Notes under the pieces: model-generated
Told to the model about the DNA's origin: nothing
The model's input: only the letters and a program-made list of their open reading frames with translations
Database searches by the model: none
Shown here: positions 29,373 to 38,107 of the stretch, piece by piece
Layout of the letters: the number at the start of each line of letters is the position of its first letter
Numbering within the stretch: position 1 is the stretch's first letter
Assembly: GCA_023137195.1 (NCBI GenBank)
Contig: JAGLPV010000010.1
Coordinates: forward strand, 2,947 to 66,946
Direction: 5' to 3'
Source of the DNA: Candidatus Aenigmatarchaeota archaeon
Lineage (GTDB): Archaea; EX4484-52
Length of the DNA: 64,000 bases
Translations under genes and position numbers: made by a program

Positions 29373-30905
29373 TTAAACCCTATCCAGCACCCTGTAAGTA
29401 TGTTCACGGATTGCCCTTAAATGAAGTGCTTCGAGATTCTCATCAATCCCATAAAATGACGGCGGCAGATCCTTAGGGTTTGTATTTTTCATAAGATGCT
29501 TCTTTATCTCTCTCAATGCAATCGAAGTCCCTAAATTTCCACTGTCAATAGAAAAAGACAGGTAGCCAAAATCCATCCCCTTTTGCTTCAGGCAATATAA
29601 TATAGAATATATAGAATATATCCTGTAACTCTGCTGTCCAATACCCTGGTTGTTTATCAAATCAACAACAACTTCCTTTATGTACTTCCCGGCACCTCCG
29701 TCCATTTTATCAACGTCTTTTTCAATATCCACAAGATTCAATATCAAATTATGCATATTCATGCAAATCCCACTATACTGCCCATTATCCAAATTCTTAG
29801 ACAGCAACGCATAATCTTCTATATTATTAAGCCGCAGATTTTCACTGCTGTACTTATCCGGCGGTCTTGCAGTCGCAAACAAAACCGGCATATTGCTTCT
29901 CACGATATAATCATAAGCACTTATCTTCCCTAAATTTTTATCAAAAAGATCAAAGCAGATTGACTCATCTCCTGTCTTGAAATGTCCTATAACATAAGAG
30001 CATGCAACCGCAGAAATCATCTTTTTGATTATTCTTGAAATGCTCCTGTCTTCAAAATAAGAGTTATTGTGTGTCTTTTGCCCGGAATTTATTTTTCCAA
30101 TAATACACTCCGGGTTCATATTGCCCAAATGAAAATCACTCCATATAGTTGCCCTGGTTTGGAATAAATGCTGGGCAACAACCAAATATGCATCCTTTTC
30201 CTGTGCTTTCGACCCATTAACAATCCAGTGGTCAAACAAAGACATAACATTATACTGCCCGAGCGCCTTTTTTATTTTCTCCTGGCTCCCTGCCAACTCT
30301 TCTATTTTGGCAAAAGAAGGAATGATGTTTTCCTCTATCATCTTCCGGGACTCCTCTTCAAAAAACAATATAATTGCAGTCGCATCAGTATTGTTAATAT
30401 TCAGATTCTCAAAAATCAGCCTGATGTATTTTGCACAAAACCAGTCAGCAAGGTTATTGTCCTTAATAAAACTACCTAAACTATTTCCCTCCGGACAGAC
30501 CTGCGGAGTGATTGTCTTGTCGCTTAGATATTCAAAATCAAAGCAAACCGACGGCAATATCTTCGTTGCAGGATAAAAAGAAGCAAACTGCGAGTTGAAC
30601 ACAGTCTTATTATAAAACAACATCGAAACAAGCTTCTTATGAGATGTCTTCCACTCCCCAAGGTTTGAAGAAGAAAGATCTATACTCCCAGTAAGGCGAC
30701 ACCCCATCTTTATTTTTTCCACATCCGTCAATCGTTTTATTGCCTGTGCCATCTGCGGCTCCAATACAGCAGACAATTCCTCCTTTTCAAGTATGACGAA
30801 TTCAGAACCATGCTTTATGGACTCAGATATAACAATAAACGGACTTTTTTCTTTCTGATCCAGGAGCGACGAATCAATAATTGAAGAAATAATATAGTGA
30901 CTCAT
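29373..30905 (-). CDS. Hypothetical protein (510 aa), no family recognised
   Basis: Long ORF with balanced composition. Confidence 0.45.
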   Translation of the reverse strand: MSHYIISSIIDSSLLDQKEKSPFIVISESIKHGSEFVILEKEELSAVLEPQMAQAIKRLTDVEKIKMGCRLTGSIDLSSSNLGEWKTSHKKLVSMLFYNKTVFNSQFASFYPATKILPSVCFDFEYLSDKTITPQVCPEGNSLGSFIKDNNLADWFCAKYIRLIFENLNINNTDATAIILFFEEESRKMIEENIIPSFAKIEELAGSQEKIKKALGQYNVMSLFDHWIVNGSKAQEKDAYLVVAQHLFQTRATIWSDFHLGNMNPECIIGKINSGQKTHNNSYFEDRSISRIIKKMISAVACSYVIGHFKTGDESICFDLFDKNLGKISAYDYIVRSNMPVLFATARPPDKYSSENLRLNNIEDYALLSKNLDNGQYSGICMNMHNLILNLVDIEKDVDKMDGGAGKYIKEVVVDLINNQGIGQQSYRIYSIYSILYCLKQKGMDFGYLSFSIDSGNLGTSIALREIKKHLMKNTNPKDLPPSFYGIDENLEALHLRAIREHTYRVLDRV

Positions 30906-30957
30906 ACTAAAAAATAGTATTCATGTTTTTATTGTTTTCTTTTAAATAGATATTTAT

Positions 30958-31545
30958 ATGATTAAAGAGAATTCAAGAAAGAAAAATCTCCTCTTCGTTT
31001 TGCATTCATTTGATATACTTTTCTCATCCGGAAAAAGCATAGAAGAAGCAGTTGGACTAATCGCAAAAAGCCATTATGGCACAATATCAAATGATTTCTC
31101 CATGATAATAGCCAAAACAAAAAACAATTATATAAATATAGACTCTGCACTGCTTGAATTGAAACAAAAAACAAAGGTTAAAAATTACAGACTCCTGCTG
31201 GAATATCTTGCCTTTTCATACAAAAACAATACTAATATACAGGAAAACATCATCAAACTCCAAAAAAAAGCAATGCATGAGCAACAAAACATGCACAAGA
31301 ACTATGAAAATCTTGCAACAACATTCCTTGATGTCTACATCCTTTTCTCATTTGTTACAGTACTTATATTGAACGTATTTGTAATCTCTACAAAAATGCT
31401 CGGTGACAATGAATTATTTAGTTACTTTGGAATTACTGTACCTTCTATAAGCCCGCCTGCTATGTTTGGATTTTATTTTATAAATAGTGTTATCTTAGTT
31501 GCCATTGCAGGTTATGTTTATATGGCTAATCCCAATAATCGGTGA
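30958..31545 (+). CDS. Single-domain T2SSF (TadC/FlaJ-like) pilus/archaellum platform protein, possibly a half-size fragment
   Basis: A helical GKSIEEAVGLIAK ... domain followed by two TM helices, resembling one of the two repeats of FlaJ/TadC. Confidence 0.4.
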   Translation: MIKENSRKKNLLFVLHSFDILFSSGKSIEEAVGLIAKSHYGTISNDFSMIIAKTKNNYINIDSALLELKQKTKVKNYRLLLEYLAFSYKNNTNIQENIIKLQKKAMHEQQNMHKNYENLATTFLDVYILFSFVTVLILNVFVISTKMLGDNELFSYFGITVPSISPPAMFGFYFINSVILVAIAGYVYMANPNNR

Positions 31546-31594
31546 TTAACTAAAGGATGTCGAAGGATGATTGTGATGAGTGATATTGTAACCT

Positions 31595-32040
31595 AAGTTT
31601 GACATTTACTAAATTTTCACAATATTTTACATAAAGAATTTGACAGTTATATGCCCCTCTAATTCTTTAAAATTTGGTCTTTTTAGAGCATATTGTGCGA
31701 ATGTGAAAAAATTTTCACCTATTTTTCACATTGGAATTTGACAGTTTGTGAGCAGTCTTAAGAACCACAAAAATTCTATCAAAATGTACTTTTTAGAGCC
31801 ATACCATTATGTTTATTTGCCAAAATTAGCATAATGAATTTGACAGTTTAGGACATTTTCAAGATAAATCAATCAAAAATATGTTTTTTATCGAATTTTA
31901 GCCTCTAAATGAGCGGATTTATAGTCGAAAACAAGCGATTATCATATAAATTCTATTGAAAAATCCTGTTTTTTACAAACTGTCAAATAGGTTTTCCTAC
32001 CTTATTTCGCATCAAACTGTCAAAGTTGGGCAATAACAGA
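31595..32040. repeat. Iteron-like array: GAATTTGACAGTT at 31636, 31734 and 31836 (about 100-bp period, each followed by TTTTTAGAGC), a degenerate copy at 31595, and inverted copies at 31997-32008 and 32023-32035
   Basis: Seen directly in the sequence. It occupies a 556-bp intergenic gap, very large for this genome. A GTGAAAA-aa-TTTTCAC palindrome lies at 31703-31718. Confidence 0.75.
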
Positions 32041-32074
32041 CATAAAAAAACAAAACAACCATTCCAAAAAACAT

Positions 32075-32082
32075 TTAAATAT
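32075..32082 (+). promoter_or_regulatory. Putative TATA box (TTTAAATA) about 20 bp upstream of the ATG at 32102
   Basis: An AT-rich archaeal TATA-like element; its position implies a near-leaderless transcript. Confidence 0.3.
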
Positions 32083-32101
32083 CTACACACATAAAATACA
32101 C

Positions 32102-32290
32102 ATGGACGACAAAAAATCCAAATTTATGCGAATGTATGCCAACATTCCTGAAAAAATCCGCAAAGAGGATGTAATTGTGGTGATTGATGACGAGCCATAC
32201 ACATGGAATGCGGCAATGATTGAAGTAAAAAACAATTCTGAACTTGGCGAAAAAATTATAAAAATGCTCCAAAAAACAGGGATATTATGA
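32102..32290 (+). CDS. Small hypothetical protein (62 aa), first gene of a coupled three-gene operon
   Basis: ATGA start/stop overlap with the next gene; no family recognised. Confidence 0.45.
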   Translation: MDDKKSKFMRMYANIPEKIRKEDVIVVIDDEPYTWNAAMIEVKNNSELGEKIIKMLQKTGIL

Positions 32291-32523
32291 TAGATGACAA
32301 AAAAATTGATGAGGAAATTAAAAAACTGGTTTTGTGGCGTCTTGAGACCAGTGTACCGGAATATTTCAAATTATCTGTAGGTGGAAAAGGAACTTTCACC
32401 AAAGAGGAAATAAGAAAGCATATAGAAGCCGAAGACGAGACAGGGATGGCCTTTGTTGATATGCAACTTAATTTCATCAAAGCAGTCGCCAGTGGCAAAC
32501 TTTCTGAGGCATTGGCAAAATGA
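32287..32523 (+). CDS. Small hypothetical protein (78 aa), second gene of the operon
   Basis: ATGA overlaps at both ends; the N-terminus MIDDKK resembles the first gene's MDDKK. Confidence 0.45.
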   Translation: MIDDKKIDEEIKKLVLWRLETSVPEYFKLSVGGKGTFTKEEIRKHIEAEDETGMAFVDMQLNFIKAVASGKLSEALAK

Positions 32524-33176
32524 AAACACTTTTGATAACCAGACCAAATTACGACGATGCAACAAGCTATTTGTTTCCTTATGCGAATCTTATTATAAAA
32601 TACGCCATTAAAATCAATACAAAAACAATTGATTTGAAACGACCGCGTTTAAGGAGAAAAGATTTTACCAGTTTAATGACAAAACAGAACCCTTCTCTGG
32701 TGTTCTTTAACGCCCATGGCAGTGAAAAGTGCATATTTGGCGATAAAATAGGTGAAAAAGAAGAGATTTTAGTTGAAGAAAACAAAAATCACTCTATTTT
32801 AAGCAACAAAATAGTTTACGCCCGCGCATGCTGGGCGGCGGCTTCCTTGGGAAAAGCATGCACCATAAAAGGAGGTTGTTTTATTGGCTATAAAACACCA
32901 TTTAGTTTTTGGAGTAATGAGAAGTGGTCGACAAAGCCGTTAAATGACAATATTGCAAGACTTTTTCTTGAACCTTCAAATTTGATTGTTGAATCTTTAT
33001 TGAAAGGAAATTCCGCCAAAGAAGCAACTGACAAGTCAGAAACCATGATGAAGAAAAATATATTAAGACTACTAAAAATAAAAAAAGAGCCAGGGGCAAT
33101 GGCTTCTGTTATGATATTATGGAATAATATTTCCGGTCAGGAAATTCTGGGAGATAAAGAAATGAAATTTGTCTGA
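32520..33176 (+). CDS. Putative minimal caspase-like (clan CD peptidase fold) protein
   Basis: Hydrophobic N-terminal strand LLITRPNYDD, a His-Gly dyad in SLVFFNAHGSE (His66) and KIVYARACWAAAS (Cys104) 38 residues later. This matches the caspase/legumain/gingipain His-Gly ... Ala-Cys arrangement. Confidence 0.35.
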   Translation: MKTLLITRPNYDDATSYLFPYANLIIKYAIKINTKTIDLKRPRLRRKDFTSLMTKQNPSLVFFNAHGSEKCIFGDKIGEKEEILVEENKNHSILSNKIVYARACWAAASLGKACTIKGGCFIGYKTPFSFWSNEKWSTKPLNDNIARLFLEPSNLIVESLLKGNSAKEATDKSETMMKKNILRLLKIKKEPGAMASVMILWNNISGQEILGDKEMKFV

Positions 33177-33180
33177 TACT

Positions 33181-34329
33181 TCAAAACCCAAACAACAAAT
33201 AAAGCCCCCATATAATCACCCCGGAAATCACAGGCATAGTTATATTATCATTAATCCTTTTCCCTCTGTATTTCACATCAATAAGCTCAGCAACCGTCCC
33301 GGCAATTGCACTCAACACCAAAAACAACAACGCCTTCATCCCGTAAATCCCGTTATAATCAAAAAAAACCAGCAACGTAATAAAACTAAACAAAAAACAC
33401 GCAGCACTACCCCCAACAGATTTGTCAGGATGAAACTTCAATTTATCTGTCTTAAAATGCGTCCCGAATATAGTCGCAAATGAATCCCCTGATGCCAAAA
33501 TCAAAATAGCCATAAGAGCAATCATCTTAGGAAACAAAATACATGAAATCACACTCCCAACAATAAAATACATAGCCCCCGCAGTAGCCGACTCTTTTTT
33601 CCTTTTCACTTCATTTATCAAAATATGCAGTGGAAATATTTTTTCCTTGTAGATAATCTCCACCAAAATACCCAATGAAAGAATAGAAAAAAGAAACAAA
33701 ACAGCATGCAGTTGTTTTGAAAGATTCACCAGCACAAACACAATAAATACCCCTAGAGAAAAATGAATCACCTGCCTTTTCAACTCAAGATAATTAAATG
33801 AAAATGACTCCGGCTTGTACATCAAAATCATTTTCCCAAAAGCAAAACCAATTATTGCCCCAGCAATCACATCAGAAGGATAATGAACTCCAAGAACTAT
33901 GCGCGATATTGAAATAGCAAGAGTCGCCATAACCCCACCATAATAAATGATTTTGAAATTCTTTGTCCTCTTCATGACCGACGGCAGTATCGCCAAAAGA
34001 AAAAAAGCAAAAGCCGTATGTCTACTTGGAAAGGACAGCGATGAAGAAATATGATACAAAACCATATTCAAATCAGGATATGTGATGCAGGGACGACTCA
34101 CCTGTGTTATCTGTTTCATAATCTCTGTAAACCCATACAGCAAAAGAAACCAGAATGAATTCAATGCAAAATATTTGATACCTTTCCTATATGACAAATA
34201 CAGGACAATCAAAACAAACACATATATCATATTCGTAACAAAGACCACCACCTCTGAATTAAATTGATTCAGGAAAAACAATATGCTTATATTTAAATTA
34301 TTCATCGCATTAATTAATTCAACAGACAT
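33181..34329 (-). CDS. Fusion of a PAP2 phosphatase (polyprenyl-diphosphate phosphatase-like) and a dolichol-kinase-like CTP-transferase domain
   Basis: All three PAP2 motifs in the N-terminal half: KQITQVSRP, SFPSRH and SRIVLGVHYPSD. The C-terminal half has SGDSFATIFG ... KSVGGS, like the DolK/Sec59/phytol-kinase motif. Confidence 0.5.
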   Translation of the reverse strand: MSVELINAMNNLNISILFFLNQFNSEVVVFVTNMIYVFVLIVLYLSYRKGIKYFALNSFWFLLLYGFTEIMKQITQVSRPCITYPDLNMVLYHISSSLSFPSRHTAFAFFLLAILPSVMKRTKNFKIIYYGGVMATLAISISRIVLGVHYPSDVIAGAIIGFAFGKMILMYKPESFSFNYLELKRQVIHFSLGVFIVFVLVNLSKQLHAVLFLFSILSLGILVEIIYKEKIFPLHILINEVKRKKESATAGAMYFIVGSVISCILFPKMIALMAILILASGDSFATIFGTHFKTDKLKFHPDKSVGGSAACFLFSFITLLVFFDYNGIYGMKALLFLVLSAIAGTVAELIDVKYRGKRINDNITMPVISGVIIWGLYLLFGF

Positions 34330-34378
34330 ACAAAATATTTAATAGAAATATATATAAGCCAATTGTTGCTATTTAGTT

Positions 34379-35692
34379 ATGCCAGATAATGTTTACAATG
34401 AAAATGGAAATTACATCTACCGTCTCAAGCATTCCGGGACAGCCATTGACTCTTTCTTAAGCCTCCTTTATGACGACCAACTAGAAGAAGTAATGTACAT
34501 TGGAGAAAGAAAAACAGTAAAGATATTTCACAGAAAATACGGCATGTGCGACACAGATTTCACTATGAAAAAAGTTGAGGCAAATAAAATAATAGAACAG
34601 ATACTCAAATCAGCCCAAGATATAAATGCCTCAGGCAACATAATAAACACGAGCCTGGCAGATGGCTCCCGTGTAAATATCGTCCGGGGAGAAATAGTGG
34701 ATGGCGGACCAATCATCACAATAAGAAAATTCAAAAAAGATTCAATCACAATCATTGATCTTCTAAGAAGCAAAACAATAAATATACACTTTGCCGCATA
34801 CATGTGGATGTGTATAGAAGGATTAAACCTAAATCCCGCAAATATTATTTTCTGCGGTGGAACAAGCAGCGGTAAAACAACCATACTAAATGCATTCACT
34901 GTCTTCATCCCAAAAATCTCAAGAATAATCACAATCGAAGATTGCTTTGAACTGCGCCTTCCGCACCCTCATATTGTCTCCCTTGAGTCAACAAACAATG
35001 TGCCTATGCAGAGCCTGGTAAAAACAACGCTCCGTATGAGACCCAACAGGATAATCATCGGCGAAGTAAGAGACAAAGAAGCGCAGGATTTATTTACCGC
35101 AATGAACATCGGCTTCAATGGTTGCATGGGAACACTTCATTCAAATTCATCAAGAGAAACCATTTCGCGGATAACAAACAAGCCAATGGAAGTCCCGGTA
35201 ATTTTGTTAAGAAATTTAGACTTAATAGTAATGCAAAAGAAAAAAATCATCGACGGCAAAACAACAAGATACATAAGCGAAGTCAGTGAAATCAGCGGAA
35301 GCGAAGGAGACAACCCCCTGCTCAATACTGTTTTCTCTTTCAATGAAACAACAAACATTCTTGAACGCACAAACGTCCCAAGCAGGACAAGGGCAAAAAT
35401 AGTAAGCCAGTCCGGCATCAGCATCATGCGATTTGAACAAATACTGGATGCAAGAAAAAGAATACTCTCTATGCTGACAGAAAGAGGAGACTCCTACAAG
35501 AACACAGAACTCTTAGATGTCATCGACCAGCAAAGCAAAATAACAAGAGAGCAAATCGCAACAGACACAAACACTTCTAATAACACAACCACAAACAATT
35601 ATTCTCCATACGAAAAAAAAGAGGAAGAAAAAAAAGAAGACAAAGGAGTATTCAGCAAAATAGGAAGTTTCTTTGAAGAAAAGATGTTTTGA
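34379..35692 (+). CDS. Type IV pilus/archaellum assembly ATPase (FlaI/TadA/VirB11 family)
   Basis: Walker A GGTSSGKTT, Asp box, IGEVRD and a GTLHSNS His box. The C-terminal tail is Asn/Thr/Lys/Glu-rich. Confidence 0.7.
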   Translation: MPDNVYNENGNYIYRLKHSGTAIDSFLSLLYDDQLEEVMYIGERKTVKIFHRKYGMCDTDFTMKKVEANKIIEQILKSAQDINASGNIINTSLADGSRVNIVRGEIVDGGPIITIRKFKKDSITIIDLLRSKTINIHFAAYMWMCIEGLNLNPANIIFCGGTSSGKTTILNAFTVFIPKISRIITIEDCFELRLPHPHIVSLESTNNVPMQSLVKTTLRMRPNRIIIGEVRDKEAQDLFTAMNIGFNGCMGTLHSNSSRETISRITNKPMEVPVILLRNLDLIVMQKKKIIDGKTTRYISEVSEISGSEGDNPLLNTVFSFNETTNILERTNVPSRTRAKIVSQSGISIMRFEQILDARKRILSMLTERGDSYKNTELLDVIDQQSKITREQIATDTNTSNNTTTNNYSPYEKKEEEKKEDKGVFSKIGSFFEEKMF

Positions 35693-35694
35693 TT

Positions 35695-37392
35695 CTAAAG
35701 AATCAAATTAAGCAATCCTCCAACCAGTAACGTCAAAGCAATCATTATCCCGACAGATTTTACAGTATCTTTCAATCCAAGCTCCTTGAACAAAATGACA
35801 AATGTAGCAATGCATGGAAAATACATTGTAAGCACAACAGACGATATTATCAACTGTTTAACAGTCAAACCAAGAGGTAACAGCATACCGACAGCAACGT
35901 CTTTTCTCAAAAAACCAACCACCAGGGAAGCAACCGCCTCCTTTGGCAGTCCCAGTACATTAACCACAATAGGTGCTGTAATGTTACTGATAAAATCAAT
36001 TATCTTCAGGACATACAAAACATTTACAACCAAAACCCCTAAAAATACAAAAGGAATAGCTTCAGTCAAAAAACTTCTCATTCTCATCCACAGCTTCTTG
36101 ACCAACCCTTTAAAATAGGGAATCCTGTATGGCGGAATCTCTATAAATGTCTCCGGAGAATCCCCTCGAATAAATCTATTGAGCAAAAGACCGAGTACAA
36201 ACCACACTGCAAATAAAGTCATAAAAAATATGCCGAGGGCATTTATACCATACTCTCCCAACAAACCAAAAACAATAGCGATTTGAGCCATGCAAGGCAC
36301 TGCAATAGCCATTAGGGTTATAGCAATAAATCTTTGTCTTTTTGTCTCTAAAATTCGGGTAGACATAGCACCAGGCACATTACATCCCAATCCAAGCAGC
36401 ATTGGAATAATAGCCAACCCATGCATGCCCAACTTGTGCATTATATTATCCATAAGTGTTGCAAGACGGGGCAAATACCCGCTATCTTCAAGAAAACCAA
36501 GAATAAGATAAAATGCAAATACATAAGGCAAAACCATCACAATAGGAACAAACAAACCTGTAGTCAACAATCCCATCGACTCAACAAAATTTATTTCTCC
36601 TTCAATCAATGCCCCTATTAAAATATCATGGACAAAGCCGGAACCCAAATAAGCACTTAATCTCTCCAATACAGGAAGATACAAATTAAACAAAGGTTCA
36701 AATACACACCCAATCAAATTCTCGCCTATAAATCGCACAATATAAAAGGCAAAAGCCATAATCAAAACAGCAATTGGTATGCCCGTCACTGGCTTTATGC
36801 TCAAATCCTTTAATCTTTCAGGAATAGTATAATGTTCTTTCCCTATCTTCTGAACAGAATCAATTATCTCTCCTACTTTTGCCCATCTCTCTTTATCAGT
36901 ACGTTTACGTGCATGTGCTTTGGCTTTCGGCAGTTTTGAAACAAGCTTTTTTATGCCTTTTCCTGTTGTTGCAACCACAGGCACCACAGGAACCTTTAAG
37001 ATTTCCTCAAGTTTTTTCACATCAATTTCTATTCCCTTGCGTTTTGTCTCATTCCAGAAATTCAGCGCCAGAACCACAGGTATTTTCTTCTCCATCAATT
37101 GAAGCGTCAAATATAAATTTCTCTCCAAATTGGTTACATCAATTACATTGATGACCAAATCCCCTTCCTTCAATATATCTACTGCGACTTCTTCTGCCTT
37201 TGAACCTGCATCCAGATGATATATCCCGGGAACATCAATCACTTCCACAGATTTCCCGCCAAGTTTCATCCTGCCCTTCTTTATTTCAACAGTGGTCCCG
37301 GCATAATTTGAACTAACAACATTCAATCCTGTTATCCTTGAAAAAAAAGTACTTTTTCCAACATTCTGGTTGCCCATCAAAAGTATCTTCAT
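35695..37392 (-). CDS. feoB: Ferrous iron transporter FeoB
   Basis: N-terminal G domain (GNQNVGKST, DVPG) fused to a polytopic membrane domain. Confidence 0.8.
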   Translation of the reverse strand: MKILLMGNQNVGKSTFFSRITGLNVVSSNYAGTTVEIKKGRMKLGGKSVEVIDVPGIYHLDAGSKAEEVAVDILKEGDLVINVIDVTNLERNLYLTLQLMEKKIPVVLALNFWNETKRKGIEIDVKKLEEILKVPVVPVVATTGKGIKKLVSKLPKAKAHARKRTDKERWAKVGEIIDSVQKIGKEHYTIPERLKDLSIKPVTGIPIAVLIMAFAFYIVRFIGENLIGCVFEPLFNLYLPVLERLSAYLGSGFVHDILIGALIEGEINFVESMGLLTTGLFVPIVMVLPYVFAFYLILGFLEDSGYLPRLATLMDNIMHKLGMHGLAIIPMLLGLGCNVPGAMSTRILETKRQRFIAITLMAIAVPCMAQIAIVFGLLGEYGINALGIFFMTLFAVWFVLGLLLNRFIRGDSPETFIEIPPYRIPYFKGLVKKLWMRMRSFLTEAIPFVFLGVLVVNVLYVLKIIDFISNITAPIVVNVLGLPKEAVASLVVGFLRKDVAVGMLLPLGLTVKQLIISSVVLTMYFPCIATFVILFKELGLKDTVKSVGIMIALTLLVGGLLNLIL

Positions 37393-37640
37393 TTTTTCTC
37401 CTCTACAAAAATTTTCATAGCCATGCCTCTCCCCAAGGCAACTTTAGTATGGTCTATTTCCAAAACCACAGGACCCGCAAGCGGCTGTGTTGTTATCTTT
37501 TTTATAGTCTTTCCAACCCTTAAATTTAAAGTCGCTATCTTTTTTTGAAATCCACATCCATCATCCAATCGTACTATTTTTGCCTCTTTTCCTGCCTGTA
37601 ACTCCAGTAAAGATATCTCCATTTTAATTTCCTTTTTCAT
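37389..37640 (-). CDS. feoA: FeoA
   Basis: 83-aa SH3-like FeoA (AKIVRL ... GMAMKIFVE). Overlaps the feoB start. Confidence 0.7.
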   Translation of the reverse strand: MKKEIKMEISLLELQAGKEAKIVRLDDGCGFQKKIATLNLRVGKTIKKITTQPLAGPVVLEIDHTKVALGRGMAMKIFVEEKK

Positions 37641-37995
37641 TTACAAATTTCCTGATTTTATCCAGTGTTTTTTTGCTGAGCACATGCTCTGCACGGCACG
37701 CATCCTCCAAAGCTATCTTTTTGTCAACCCCGAGAAGCAGAAAAAATTTATTCAATAATTTATGCTTCGAATAAACGCCTCGTGCAATTACCTTTCCTTT
37801 TTGTGTCAATTCAACAGGACCGTATTTTTCGCTTTTAATAAATCCTTCCTCTTCAAGTTTTTTAAACATCCCTGTTACACTCGAAAGTTTAATATCTAAT
37901 TTTAAAGCAATGTCTTTTACCCGAACATGTCCTTTATCTGCCTCTGCCAAATAAATGGCTTCAAGATAATCCTCAACACTCTGTGAAATCTCCAT
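37624..37995 (-). CDS. DtxR/MntR-family metal-dependent transcriptional repressor
   Basis: N-terminus SVEDYLEAIY and a following HTH, as in DtxR/IdeR/MntR. Overlaps feoA. Confidence 0.7.
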   Translation of the reverse strand: MEISQSVEDYLEAIYLAEADKGHVRVKDIALKLDIKLSSVTGMFKKLEEEGFIKSEKYGPVELTQKGKVIARGVYSKHKLLNKFFLLLGVDKKIALEDACRAEHVLSKKTLDKIRKFVNEKGN

Positions 37996-38041
37996 TGTTA
38001 GTTTAACCTAACAATTTTAGTTAGGACTAACTTTATAAACT
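37996..38041 (-). promoter_or_regulatory. dtxR-feoAB promoter/operator: palindromes TGTTAG-N6-CTAACA (37996-38013) and AGTTAG-GA-CTAACT (38019-38032), then a TATA-like TTTATAAA on the minus strand (38034-38041)
   Basis: TTAGTTTAACCTAACAA resembles the DtxR/IdeR iron-box TTAGGTTAGCCTAACCTAA. The boxes sit between the TATA and the ATG, overlapping the likely TSS. Confidence 0.5.
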
Positions 38042-38107
38042 TTTGTCTTTCCTCTAAAAAATTGCTAAAGCAAAATATTTTTATAAACAATACAATTACT
38101 TAAATTT

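Noticed and set aside
31595-32040. CRISPR array
   Set aside because: The repeated box is only 10-13 bp and the roughly 100-bp units are themselves mutually similar, so they are not unique spacers. No cas genes are present.
35786-37523. Multiple plus-strand ORFs inside feoB
   Set aside because: These are antisense shadow ORFs within a confidently identified gene.
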